A DNA stretch of 64,000 nt from Candidatus Hydrogenedens sp. (GCA_049968235.1 JBMFRC010000004.1:128001-192000); one strand, 5' to 3'; positions 49,106 to 59,187 are shown, counted from the first letter of the stretch. Notes: generated by a model from the letters alone, not told the origin. Translations and numbers: made by a program.

Positions 49106-50161
49106 TCATTGATTGCATAATCCATATTTTGTGTTTTTTTTCCCCTCTTCTGTCTCTGAGATTTCTTTACATGAAAACTTTCTTATGCTCTCTGCGATAT
49201 GACCCAATAAATCGGATTCTATAGCCTTTATTGCACCACGAATACCGTTAGCAATTCCCAATGCTGTAGATGCGCCATGTAAAACAATCACAATTCCCTG
49301 TACACCTAATAAGGGCGCACCCGGATATTCATTAGGATTTACAGTTTTCTTTAATTCTTGAAGGGCACTTCTTGCTAATACAGCCCCTAAACGATTCATC
49401 GAGGTTTTTAAAAGTTGTTCTTTCATAAAATTACCTACGAATTTAGCAACGGATTCAGCAGTTTTTAAAATAATATTTCCTACAAATCCATCGCAGACAA
49501 CAACATCTGCTTCTCCGCCAAAAACGCCATTCGGCTCAATATTTCCTACAAATGTAATACCTTCTACTTTACTTAGAATCTGGAAAGTTTGTTTTAAAAC
49601 ATTACTCCCTTTTACCATTTCTTCACCGATATTAATCAGTCCAAGTCGAGGATTTTCAACACCTAATGCATAATGGGAATAGGCAATACCCATCAAGGCA
49701 AAATCACAAAGATGACGAACCTGACAGTCCACATTAGCACCTAAATCTAACAGAACAACTTTTCCGCCAATTGTCGGTAGTGCCTGGGCTAAGGCTGGTC
49801 GTGATATACCTTGCATAATCCCAAGGATAATTCGTGAACCTACCATAACAGCACCTGTATTCCCTGCACTTACAACCGCATCTACCTCCCCTGCTTTTAA
49901 TTTCCGTAAAGCGACAAGAAGGCTACTTTCTTTCTTCTGGCGAAGGGCGATTACGGGCTGATCTTGCATAGAAATATATTCCGGGGTGTGGACTATCTCT
50001 ATATTCCCTTTTTTAGGATACTTTTCTAATTCTTTCTTTAATATTTCTTCATTACCGACAAGAATAATATCGCAATTTTGGTCTAAACTTGCTTCCACAG
50101 CCCCTTGCACCTCTATGGCAGGAGCACCATCTGAACCCATCGCATCTAAAGCGATGCGCAT
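49106..50161 (-). CDS. plsX: Phosphate acyltransferase PlsX
   Basis: MRIALDAMGSD N-terminus and PlsX fold motifs throughout. Confidence 0.9.
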   Translation of the reverse strand: MRIALDAMGSDGAPAIEVQGAVEASLDQNCDIILVGNEEILKKELEKYPKKGNIEIVHTPEYISMQDQPVIALRQKKESSLLVALRKLKAGEVDAVVSAGNTGAVMVGSRIILGIMQGISRPALAQALPTIGGKVVLLDLGANVDCQVRHLCDFALMGIAYSHYALGVENPRLGLINIGEEMVKGSNVLKQTFQILSKVEGITFVGNIEPNGVFGGEADVVVCDGFVGNIILKTAESVAKFVGNFMKEQLLKTSMNRLGAVLARSALQELKKTVNPNEYPGAPLLGVQGIVIVLHGASTALGIANGIRGAIKAIESDLLGHIAESIRKFSCKEISETEEGKKNTKYGLCNQ

Positions 50162-50191
50162 GTTTTTTCTCCATGTTAAAGTTTGGAATTT

Positions 50192-50374
50192 CTATTCTTC
50201 TTCAAGATTTAATATCATACGATTTTTGTAATACCCGCATTTGGGGCAAACACGGTGCGGAAGGATTTTCTCACTGCAATGGGGACATTCAACCAAATTT
50301 GATTTTGTTAATGCATGATGAGACCTTCTCATATTTTTCTTTGCTTTACCGGTTCTTCGTTTTGGTACAGGCAC
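50192..50374 (-). CDS. rpmF: 50S ribosomal protein L32
   Basis: MPVPKRRTGKAKKNMRRSH... with C4 zinc ribbon; conserved yceD-rpmF-plsX synteny. Confidence 0.9.
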   Translation of the reverse strand: MPVPKRRTGKAKKNMRRSHHALTKSNLVECPHCSEKILPHRVCPKCGYYKNRMILNLEEE

Positions 50375-50377
50375 TTT

Positions 50378-50986
50378 TTACTCCTCCTTTAAGTTAAGTT
50401 TAATTCCTTGAAGTAATTCAGATAATTTTGTGTTTGAAAGTTGTGTTTGTTCATCTTCGCTATTGATATTACATGAGCATGTTTCATGATTTAGATTTGT
50501 GCCACATATAGGACATAAACCTGCACATCTTTCACTACATAAAAATTTATAGGGCATATCCAATACCAATTCTTCCCAGATATAAGGAGTTAAATCAATT
50601 TCATCTCCTTGAAATACTCTTTTTTCTGCCAATTCATCAAATTCTTCTTTACCTTTCCTGTGTTTATTTTCAACATTACGGTTACTTTCTTCTATAGGAT
50701 TTAAATATATATTCATTTGTCCTCGTTCAAATAGCCATGTCATTTCTTTTTCCAGTTTATACTGCATATTGTCAAGGCAACGGTCACAGGTATGATTATA
50801 ATATCCTGATATTTTCCCTTGAAATAAAAAGTTTTTCCCTGTTTTCTTTATTATCCCGCATAAATGTATTGTTTCTATTGGAAGTGGGTCTATATCAATG
50901 GGCTGTAATTCAGCAACATTAATGATTTCATTAATCAGATAACCCTTATCTGATATATCCATTATTCTTATTTTTAGTATATCCAA
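50378..50986 (-). CDS. yceD: YceD/DUF177 family protein (23S rRNA accumulation protein)
   Basis: Cys-rich DUF177 pattern and position immediately upstream of rpmF. Confidence 0.7.
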   Translation of the reverse strand: MDILKIRIMDISDKGYLINEIINVAELQPIDIDPLPIETIHLCGIIKKTGKNFLFQGKISGYYNHTCDRCLDNMQYKLEKEMTWLFERGQMNIYLNPIEESNRNVENKHRKGKEEFDELAEKRVFQGDEIDLTPYIWEELVLDMPYKFLCSERCAGLCPICGTNLNHETCSCNINSEDEQTQLSNTKLSELLQGIKLNLKEE

Positions 50987-51203
50987 TGATGTAATCCTTA
51001 ATCAGATAGGGCTTGTTTTGAAAATTGTAACACACTTCAAAAAAAGATTCAAACAAGGAAAATTTTTATTTCCTAAGGGATAAGATATTATATTATACAT
51101 TAAATAACCATAATTTTCCAAAATAAATTTTTTTAATGAGAAATATTCATAAAATAGAAACTGTTTTGTTACAATAAAGGAATAAACGATAGGAGAAACA
51201 AAA

Positions 51204-51815
51204 ATGGCTAAAACCGATGCAATCCAAAAATCAATAATCATCGTTTCAACATGCATGTTCATCTGTGTGGTGTTTGGGCTTTCACATCAAGCAAAAGCCT
51301 TGAATATTGGCGACCCTATGCCTGATTTCAATCTTAAAGATTATGATGGTAAAGAATATTCATTGGCTCAATTCAAGGGTAAAATTGTTGTTCTTGAGTT
51401 TTGTTCTCAAGAATGTCCTTATTCTCGAGGAGCCGACCCGGATATAGCGGAATTACATGCAAAATATAGTACGAGAGGTGTTGTTTTTCTCGGTATAGAT
51501 TCTCACTTTAAAACACAACCTGAAGATATAAAAAAATATGCACTTGAAACAAAAAAACCATACCCTATATTGAAAGATATAGAAAACAAATACGCTGATA
51601 AGGTAGATGCTAAAGTAACACCGGAAATTTTTATTGTGGATAAGGATGGTAAGGTAGTTTATCATGGGGCATTTGATGACCGTAAAGGACCGGATGGACA
51701 ACCAACGGAAAAATATACGGAGAATGCTCTTGAAGCCTTATTAGCAGGTAAACCTATAGAAAAAGCAGAAACAAAGGCGTGGGGTTGTACTATTAAAAGA
51801 GTTCCTAAAAATTGA
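51204..51815 (+). CDS. Secreted thioredoxin-fold protein (redoxin/AhpC-TSA-like) with atypical C-x3-C
   Basis: Signal peptide; thioredoxin-fold context (GKIVVLEFCSQECPYS). Confidence 0.5.
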   Translation: MAKTDAIQKSIIIVSTCMFICVVFGLSHQAKALNIGDPMPDFNLKDYDGKEYSLAQFKGKIVVLEFCSQECPYSRGADPDIAELHAKYSTRGVVFLGIDSHFKTQPEDIKKYALETKKPYPILKDIENKYADKVDAKVTPEIFIVDKDGKVVYHGAFDDRKGPDGQPTEKYTENALEALLAGKPIEKAETKAWGCTIKRVPKN

Positions 51816-51830
51816 TATCGTTCTGAATAA

Positions 51831-52388
51831 TTGAATTTTATGATAAATTGTTATTACAAGTTTAATGTTCTTGTTTTTGCTGTTATCTTATCAATAACAT
51901 TTTCTTTTTTTTTAGTAGCAGAGGAGAAATCGACTGAAGAAGAACCTGTTATTCATGATATTAAACTAACTCAAATAGAGACCTTGCTTTCTGAAAAAAA
52001 GCGAGGTCTCATTATTATCAACTTATGGGCGACATGGTGCCCTCCATGTGTTTCGGAACTCCCCTATTTTGGGGATATTTATAAAAAATATTCGGAAGAG
52101 CAAGTTCATATATATTTAATCAACATAGAAGGGAAAGAAATAAAGGAGAAGGTTTTAAAACCATTTTTAAAAAAGAATTCTCTCCCCTGCCCTGTATATT
52201 TATTAGAAGAAGGAAAACCTGAGGAACTCGAAAAAGTTTTAAGCACAGAAATAAGCGGTGCTTTACCAATTACGCTTATATATAATTCAGATGGGAAACT
52301 GATTAAGAAGTTCGAAGGGGCAATCACTGTAGATGATATAAAATCGGTTTTACGTGGAAATGGTATTTTACCTATTTCCCCAAAATAA
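51831..52388 (+). CDS. TlpA-like thiol:disulfide oxidoreductase
   Basis: N-terminal anchor; canonical thioredoxin active site WATWCPPC. Confidence 0.7.
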   Translation: MNFMINCYYKFNVLVFAVILSITFSFFLVAEEKSTEEEPVIHDIKLTQIETLLSEKKRGLIIINLWATWCPPCVSELPYFGDIYKKYSEEQVHIYLINIEGKEIKEKVLKPFLKKNSLPCPVYLLEEGKPEELEKVLSTEISGALPITLIYNSDGKLIKKFEGAITVDDIKSVLRGNGILPISPK

Positions 52389-52743
52389 GGGGAAATGTTC
52401 GTGTAATGACAACATTAACCTCTGTTCCCATAAAATTTTGGATAATTACTTGACCGCATTTCGCAGGAAGAGAGATTTTCTGTTTATACAATTGAGATAA
52501 TAATGGCTTAATGTATCTTTTAGGTATAGGTTTATCCGTTTTGACGGGGATATAGGGCATTTCTTCTGAATCTGTTTGAACAACCGCTGTAACAACTCGT
52601 TTAGGGTCTGTTACTTCTTCATGAGCATATACCTCTCCTCGTTCACATTTTGCACCTTGAAATTGGTATTGTCCTGTGGAAGTTTTTTCGACTGTAATAT
52701 GACAACCGTTTGGACAACTTAAACAGATGATTTCTTTTTCCAT
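52372..52743 (-). CDS. DUF1667-family small Cys-rich protein
   Basis: CLSCPNGC...C motif; third member of the conserved GlpA-like/oxidoreductase/DUF1667 triad. Confidence 0.6.
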   Translation of the reverse strand: MEKEIICLSCPNGCHITVEKTSTGQYQFQGAKCERGEVYAHEEVTDPKRVVTAVVQTDSEEMPYIPVKTDKPIPKRYIKPLLSQLYKQKISLPAKCGQVIIQNFMGTEVNVVITRTFPLILGK

Positions 52744-52755
52744 AGTCTTATCCTG

Positions 52756-54018
52756 TTAACTAAGTGAAAATTCTATGGGTAATAATTCTCCATTACAAAC
52801 CAATTCATTTAAATCTTCTTGTTTCAATTCTATATGAAACATTTCAGCGGGTTTGACATGCCTTAATGTAAACTGACGGATTGTTTTTTCACCCTGGCGG
52901 ATGGTTAATGTTGCTTTATCACTAACAATCAGGGAACGCATGGAAAATCGGTTTTTCTCACCTAATCGATATTTATTGGGAAGTACATATTTTAGATTAG
53001 CCCCTACAATAACTTTTCCCTGCTCAATTTTTTCGGTTTTTCCCTGTAAAAAGTTTAATAATTCATTTGCACATCTCCGTGCCTCATCCGATACCCAATC
53101 GACAAGGTCATGGACATGTAAAACATTGCCACATGCAAAAACGCCTTCTGCAGAAGTCATTAATCTTGTATCTACTAAAGGACCTCCTGTTTCAGGATTA
53201 ATTTTTATTCCTGCAGACTGGGTCAATTCATTTTCCGGGACAAGTCCTACAGAAAATAGGAGAGTATCACACTCTACTTTGAAGGTTTTTGTAAAATTGG
53301 GAGTTCCATTTATCAGTGGAGTTATTTCTACTGCTTCTACCCTATCTTTTCCTTCTATTTTTGTTATAATATGGCTTAAGTATAGAGGAATATTAAAGTC
53401 ATTTAGACATTGGACAACATTCCTCGTAATACCAGAAGGGTAGGGCAATATTTCAACGACAGCGAGTACTTCTGCTCCTGTCCATGTTAATCTACGAGCC
53501 ATAATCAAACCAATATCTCCCGAACCAACAATAACTACTCGTTTGCCCGGGATATAGCCATCTATATTAATCAATCGTTGAGCCAGACCGGCAGTAAATA
53601 TTCCCGCAGGTCTTGTTCCAGGGATACCTAAATTACCTCGATTTCGTTCTCTACAACCCATTGCGAGGACTATAGCCCTTGCATTAATTCTGAAAACACC
53701 ATGTTGACTACTGCATAGATTTACCTGTTTTACAGGTTGATGAACCGCCATATTTGTTGCTGTTGTATTCAAATAAATATCTATGTCCGATTTGACAATA
53801 TCTTGAATAAATCGTTCAGCAAATTCAGGTCCTGTAAGTTCTTCCTTAAATAAATGTATTCCAAATCCATTATGAATACACTGGGGTAAGATTCCCCCTA
53901 AGAAAGGCTCTCGGTCAACAATAGCAGTTTTCAAACCTTGTTCTGCTACTTTTAATGCAGAAGCCATTCCTGCTGCACCTGCGCCTATTACTAAAACATC
54001 ATAGTTTCGTTCCTGCAT
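52756..54018 (-). CDS. NAD(P)/FAD-dependent pyridine nucleotide-disulfide oxidoreductase family protein
   Basis: Two Rossmann dinucleotide motifs (VLVIGAGAAG; VVIVGSGDIG). Confidence 0.7.
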   Translation of the reverse strand: MQERNYDVLVIGAGAAGMASALKVAEQGLKTAIVDREPFLGGILPQCIHNGFGIHLFKEELTGPEFAERFIQDIVKSDIDIYLNTTATNMAVHQPVKQVNLCSSQHGVFRINARAIVLAMGCRERNRGNLGIPGTRPAGIFTAGLAQRLINIDGYIPGKRVVIVGSGDIGLIMARRLTWTGAEVLAVVEILPYPSGITRNVVQCLNDFNIPLYLSHIITKIEGKDRVEAVEITPLINGTPNFTKTFKVECDTLLFSVGLVPENELTQSAGIKINPETGGPLVDTRLMTSAEGVFACGNVLHVHDLVDWVSDEARRCANELLNFLQGKTEKIEQGKVIVGANLKYVLPNKYRLGEKNRFSMRSLIVSDKATLTIRQGEKTIRQFTLRHVKPAEMFHIELKQEDLNELVCNGELLPIEFSLS

Positions 54019-54027
54019 ATAAAACTC

Positions 54028-55494
54028 CTATCTCTCTGCTTTCTCATCGGCAAGGGATTGTAGACGTTGAGATATTATCCAGCTATTATCTCCCCGTTTC
54101 GTAATTTGTTCTATCGGTATACCTGTCTCTTGTGAAATTATCTTTAAAATTTTGTAAGTACAAAATGCTCCCTGACACCGTCCCATTCCGGCACGGGTAT
54201 AAAACTTTATTCCATCAAGGGTTGTGTGTCCCTTGGAAATGGCTTCAACAATTTCCGCTTCAGAAACACTTTCACATCGGCAAACAATATGCCCATATTT
54301 AGGGTCTTTTTCTACAATCTTTTCTAATTCTTCAAAACTTAATTCACGCACTTTAATAGGATGTGGTAGGAATGGGTCAAAATCCTTTTTCTCTATGAGT
54401 TGTAATCCTTGTTGTTTTAGTATGTCTTTTACATACTCTCCAATAGCAGGAGAGGCAGTTAATCCCGGTGACTGAATGCCTGCAACTTGAATAAAGCATG
54501 GTTGTTTTTTAGAAGGCTCAATATAAAAATCATTGCCTTTCATTGTGGGTCTTAAACCTGCAAAAGAGGTAATTATTTCCCTTCGCGAAATAGCAGGAAC
54601 CATATAAGTTGCCTGCATAAATACCGTTTCTAAATTCTGTGATGTTGTTTCAACATCATATTTATCTTCTGTTTCTATTGCAGTAGGACCCACCATTAAT
54701 GTTCCCTCAACTGTGGGAATAGCTAATATCCCTTTTGTGTGAGCACCAGGAACAGGGAAAATTACATGATTGGGTAAACCTCTTGCATTCCGTTGTAATA
54801 AGAATTCTTCGCCTTTACGTGGAGTAATTTCAAAAATTTCTGCATTGAATGATTTTGAAATTTCATCAGCAAAAAGTCCCGCTGAATTTACTACATACCT
54901 TGCTTTGATAGTTTCTCCCTCTTTTGATTTTATAATCCAATAATCATTCATCCGTGTCCCCTGTTCTACCGTAAATTGTGCTTTTATGTCCACTCCATTT
55001 TTTTGTGCGGATTCAACTAAAGCAAAAACATAACGGTAAGGTTCTATAATTCCACCTGTGGGGGCATATAATCCTCCAACTACATCAGTATTTAACTGAG
55101 GCTCTAAACTCAAAATTCGTTCTCTTCCACATATTTCCATTCGGGGAACGCCATTTGCTATACCCTGGGCATATAGGTGTTCGATAGTTTTCATCTCTTC
55201 AACGCTAAAAGCGACAACAATAATCCCAACCCTTTTAAAGGGGAAGCCCAATTCATAATGGAGTTGGTCGAACATCAAATTTCCGCGTATCTCCAAACGG
55301 GCTTTTAAGGAGGTAATGGGGTGATGAAAACCTGCGTGTATAATCCCTGAATTGGCTTTGGTAACACCAAATCCAACATCTACACATTTTTCTAACAAGA
55401 CTACTGATATTTCATACGCAGACAATTTACGGGCAATGGAAGCACCACAACATCCAGCGCCAATGATAGCAACATCATAAATTTGACTATTCAT
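54028..55494 (-). CDS. FAD-dependent oxidoreductase (GlpA/LhgO-like) with C-terminal BFD-like [2Fe-2S] domain
   Basis: N-terminal DVAIIGAGCCGAS FAD motif; C-terminal C-x-C...C-x2-C BFD-like cluster (HIVCRCESV...GRCQGAFC). Confidence 0.75.
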   Translation of the reverse strand: MNSQIYDVAIIGAGCCGASIARKLSAYEISVVLLEKCVDVGFGVTKANSGIIHAGFHHPITSLKARLEIRGNLMFDQLHYELGFPFKRVGIIVVAFSVEEMKTIEHLYAQGIANGVPRMEICGRERILSLEPQLNTDVVGGLYAPTGGIIEPYRYVFALVESAQKNGVDIKAQFTVEQGTRMNDYWIIKSKEGETIKARYVVNSAGLFADEISKSFNAEIFEITPRKGEEFLLQRNARGLPNHVIFPVPGAHTKGILAIPTVEGTLMVGPTAIETEDKYDVETTSQNLETVFMQATYMVPAISRREIITSFAGLRPTMKGNDFYIEPSKKQPCFIQVAGIQSPGLTASPAIGEYVKDILKQQGLQLIEKKDFDPFLPHPIKVRELSFEELEKIVEKDPKYGHIVCRCESVSEAEIVEAISKGHTTLDGIKFYTRAGMGRCQGAFCTYKILKIISQETGIPIEQITKRGDNSWIISQRLQSLADEKAER

Positions 55495-55566
55495 TGTTAT
55501 ATTTGTTTTTCCTGTATTTCTTTAATTTAACAAAAATTTTGATTGTTTTATGCATAAATATATCAA

Positions 55567-56622
55567 TTAAAGGGTTTCTTTTTCGAATTGGCGAGAATGT
55601 AAGATTAAGTTTTCTAATTTGTGCATTGCTTTTCCGGAATCTATTGCTTCTTCGGCAATACAAATTGCCTCTTTCCAATCGGAGGTTCTTCCACTGACTA
55701 AAATTCCAAAAATAGCGTTCAATAAAACAGCATCTCTATACGGAGTTTTTTCTCCCATTAAGACACTTCGGACTATTTCTGCGTTTTTTTCTAATGTTCC
55801 TCCTTTAATATGTTCAATGGAATGTCTCAACAAACCAAAATCTTCTGGACAAATTTGATAATGCTTGATATCATCTTCTGAGATTTCTATGACATCCGTT
55901 TTGTCAGAGATACTTAATTCATCTACTCCATCATTTCCCCAGACGACAAAACCTTTCTTTATTCCTAACTTTTGTAATGCCTTTGCAATCGGTTCTAATA
56001 ATTCTTTTGCAAAAATTCCTATTATCTGTCCATCTAAAGACACAGGATTTGATAATGGACCTAATAAGTTAAATACTGTCGGGAAAGGTAATTCTGAACG
56101 AACTTTTGCTACATTTTTCATAGCAGGATGAAATCTTCGGGCAAATAAGAAACCAATTCCCACTTCTTCAATGCAGTTTACTACTTTATCCGGGGGAAGG
56201 TCAATAACAACTCCAAGATGCTCCAGGACATCTGCACTTCCACAAGAACTGGTAGCACTCCGATTGCCATGTTTTGCCACATAAATATCTGCCCCAGCAC
56301 AAACAAAGGCTGTTGTGGTTGAGATATTGAAAGTTCCTTTTCGGTCACCGCCTGTTCCACATGTATCTATAATAGGATGTTTATCAATATTTATGGGAAG
56401 AGCAAATTTTCGCATTGCTGTTGCAAGACCTGCCAATTCTTCACCTTGATAGGGACGAAGTGATAAAGCGGTTAAAAAGGAAGCCGTCAGGATTTCCGAG
56501 ACATTTCCTTCCATTATTTCTGATAGAGCATCGGAATAATCTTCGCGGGATAAGTTTTCACTCTTTACAATTTTTTTAAAGATATCTGAAAATAACATAT
56601 TTACACCTCTTGAATAGTTCAT
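55567..56622 (-). CDS. trpD: Anthranilate phosphoribosyltransferase family protein (TrpD-like), orphan
   Basis: PRPP-binding GTGGD motif (IIDTCGTGGDRKGTFNISTTTAF), KHGNR motif; no other trp genes adjacent. Confidence 0.7.
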   Translation of the reverse strand: MNYSRGVNMLFSDIFKKIVKSENLSREDYSDALSEIMEGNVSEILTASFLTALSLRPYQGEELAGLATAMRKFALPINIDKHPIIDTCGTGGDRKGTFNISTTTAFVCAGADIYVAKHGNRSATSSCGSADVLEHLGVVIDLPPDKVVNCIEEVGIGFLFARRFHPAMKNVAKVRSELPFPTVFNLLGPLSNPVSLDGQIIGIFAKELLEPIAKALQKLGIKKGFVVWGNDGVDELSISDKTDVIEISEDDIKHYQICPEDFGLLRHSIEHIKGGTLEKNAEIVRSVLMGEKTPYRDAVLLNAIFGILVSGRTSDWKEAICIAEEAIDSGKAMHKLENLILHSRQFEKETL

Positions 56623-56645
56623 TTATTTTAAGAGCAGTGGAAAAA

Positions 56646-58091
56646 TCATTTATCTTTTTTAGGAATTTTCAAATCACGAGGTGATGAATTGTATATACCG
56701 ATGTAGTCTAAAGTTGGACAAGCAAGTGCTTTATCTATTTGTATTCTTACCTCTTTTGTTTTTTGTTCTGGGATACAATGGATTCTTTTGTAGCCAATGG
56801 TAGTGGCAGTACTTACCTTTTCCCATTTTGCTTTTTTATTTTTAACCCATATTGAATGTTCTTCTACTCTTTGTCCTAATGAAATTTGCTCTTTTATAAC
56901 TACGCGGTCGAATACAATTGGGGATTTGAATTTTAATGTAATATATCCAGCAAGGATATGGTCATCTGTAGCCCAGTATTTATTATCATTTTCTTTTAAG
57001 CACATTTCAGGAGCATAGTCTGGAGCGTTACCGCGAATATTACTTGCATCCCAATCTGCTTTCTCTGCAAGATTTGTTTTGAATGTTTCATCCAGAACAG
57101 AACGCCACTCTAAAAGGCGTTCAACATCTGGTTCCGGTAAATGACCGGAACGGTCCGGAGACACATTCAGTAGGAGAACAGCACCTCTTCCTACAGAGTA
57201 ATAATAAATCCGTAATAGTTGATTTAATGACAACAATTTCTTTTCGCCATCTGTATGAAAGAACCATTGTCCCTGTCGAATAGGGACATCACATTCCGCA
57301 GGATACCAAACTTTTTTCCCTTCTCTTTCTTGCACGTTCCATAGTGTTTCTGGTGCCAAACCATCTTCATTTCCTACCCAACGAATATCGGGCCCACAAA
57401 TAGCAATCAAAGCATTGGGTTGTTTTTCTTTTATCAATTTATAGTAGCCATCCCAATCATATACATGCCCTTTGGTTCCGGCACCATCAAACCATACCTC
57501 GAACACCGGTCCATAATTTGTTAACAATTCCTGAAGAAGGTTCTTAAAATATTCATCATAGGCTTTGTTATCATTATAACGTGGTTCATGACGGTCCCAT
57601 GGGGAGAGATAAAAGCCGAAATGGATACCAGCTTTATTACATGCCTCTGCAACACCTTTTACAACATCACCTTGTCCATTTGCCCATGGAGAGAAACGGA
57701 CACAATAATCTGTATGCATTGTGGGATATAAAACAAACCCGTCATGATGTTTTGCGGTTATTATTAAATAACCCATATATACCTTTCTGGCTACATCTGC
57801 CCACTGTTGTGGATTGAAATCTGTCGGATTAAAACTATCAGCAGGTTTTGTTCCGTCTGTCCATTCTTCATTGTGGAAAGTATTAATTCCGAAATGGCAA
57901 AACATACCCATCTCCTGTTGGTGCCATTTGACCTGCTGAGGAGTTGGGATAGGATATAACGGTTCAGGAGGGCTTATTCTACGAAGCGAACAACATGTCG
58001 AATTGTCTTTACAATCGGCATGTATATTTTCTGCATATACAATCATAAATACGACGATAGTAATAATACTTATTTTAGTAAGCAGGTTCAT
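56646..58091 (-). CDS. Alpha-L-fucosidase (GH29), secreted, with C-terminal beta-sandwich domain
   Basis: Signal peptide; GH29 hallmark ITAKHHDGF; catalytic-domain WFDGAG region. Confidence 0.8.
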   Translation of the reverse strand: MNLLTKISIITIVVFMIVYAENIHADCKDNSTCCSLRRISPPEPLYPIPTPQQVKWHQQEMGMFCHFGINTFHNEEWTDGTKPADSFNPTDFNPQQWADVARKVYMGYLIITAKHHDGFVLYPTMHTDYCVRFSPWANGQGDVVKGVAEACNKAGIHFGFYLSPWDRHEPRYNDNKAYDEYFKNLLQELLTNYGPVFEVWFDGAGTKGHVYDWDGYYKLIKEKQPNALIAICGPDIRWVGNEDGLAPETLWNVQEREGKKVWYPAECDVPIRQGQWFFHTDGEKKLLSLNQLLRIYYYSVGRGAVLLLNVSPDRSGHLPEPDVERLLEWRSVLDETFKTNLAEKADWDASNIRGNAPDYAPEMCLKENDNKYWATDDHILAGYITLKFKSPIVFDRVVIKEQISLGQRVEEHSIWVKNKKAKWEKVSTATTIGYKRIHCIPEQKTKEVRIQIDKALACPTLDYIGIYNSSPRDLKIPKKDK

Positions 58092-58106
58092 CTCTTATTC
58101 TCCTGT

Positions 58107-59021
58107 TTATTTAACATTAGCATTTCTTCGGTCAATAAGTATCTCATTATCCGGTTGTGATTTACACTGCATATACAATTGTCTCAATGAATCGAACACG
58201 GATTTTGTCGATATTGTTATATGAGGATTACATAAGAGACCACACAAATAAAGATTAAGCAAAGATTCTTTTTTGTTTTTTGTTGTTTCCATGGATAATT
58301 TATGATTGGAACATATTTCAGGTAATAGTTCTTCCCATGATTTTTTCAAATCCTTTAGGAATACTTCCAAATTTTTTGGGGGTATCAAACACATAAAATG
58401 TCCGTTTCCTATGTGCCCCAATTGGTAGTCTTTCCCAAAATAAGCATTTGCAACGGTTTTGATATGCCTTGCAAAAGTATTGACAATTTTTAATGTATCT
58501 GCATTGGAAAGGGTAGATTGTAAAGAAGGCAAACCAGACAATTCTATATAAACAAAGCCACATTTCTGATGAAGTAAGATGGCTCTTTGTAATTCTAATC
58601 GTATGAAACGAACACTTCCAAGTCCTGTATAGGAATCCACTAGAGGGGTATTTTCTATTGAAGTTGCCAGAGTATTCAGCCGTGAAAGGAGTAGTGATAA
58701 TGAAATAGGTTTTACTAAATAGTCATCTCCCCCTTGTGAGAAACCGTGTTCTATTTCTTCCGGGTCATTCATTGCAGAAAGGAAGATAATCCCTGTATTG
58801 TAAACATCTCTATTAATACGAATTTGTCGGCATAATTCGAAACCGGAATTACGGGGCATCATTACATCAAGTAAGACAATAGTAATTCCATCCCGTTTTA
58901 TTGTATCTACCACATGTTCCGGAGAATTTAATTCGAAACATTGGTAATTTTTTTGTTCTAAGGCATGTTTTAATTGATTTGAAAAACTTATATCATCATC
59001 AACGATAAGTAATTTTACCAA
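58107..59021 (-). CDS. Response regulator with CheY-like receiver and degenerate GGDEF-like output domain
   Basis: Receiver: LLIVDDD...D(54-equivalent) VLLDVMMP...K; C-terminal DSYTGLGSVRF...LGHIGNGHF aligns to the GGDEF fold, with GNGHF in place of GG(D/E)EF. Confidence 0.6.
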   Translation of the reverse strand: MVKLLIVDDDISFSNQLKHALEQKNYQCFELNSPEHVVDTIKRDGITIVLLDVMMPRNSGFELCRQIRINRDVYNTGIIFLSAMNDPEEIEHGFSQGGDDYLVKPISLSLLLSRLNTLATSIENTPLVDSYTGLGSVRFIRLELQRAILLHQKCGFVYIELSGLPSLQSTLSNADTLKIVNTFARHIKTVANAYFGKDYQLGHIGNGHFMCLIPPKNLEVFLKDLKKSWEELLPEICSNHKLSMETTKNKKESLLNLYLCGLLCNPHITISTKSVFDSLRQLYMQCKSQPDNEILIDRRNANVK

Positions 59022-59187
59022 ATTATGATTCCTGAATTATGTTTTATGAAACCGTTATTAAATATCGTTTATATTCTATTTAAAATTAATGTCGATGAAC
59101 AACTAATTATCTATACCTATTTTTGTATAATATATTTATATCGTTGGTTAATCATAAACCCCAGGAGAAAATATAAATTTTTATTTT

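Noticed and set aside
49131-49141. T9 (A9 on the coding strand) homopolymer at the plsX 3' end considered as a phase-variation tract
   Set aside because: It encodes a lysine-rich non-conserved tail (…EEGKKNTK…) of a housekeeping gene. There is no evidence of frameshift, and such tracts are expected in roughly 36% GC genomes.
55487-55697. Small basic ORFs (63 and 67 aa) between the GlpA-like gene and trpD, considered as a toxin-antitoxin pair
   Set aside because: They overlap the start of the GlpA-like gene and the 3' end of trpD, lack RBS, and their composition reflects the AT-rich intergenic region. This is not credible.
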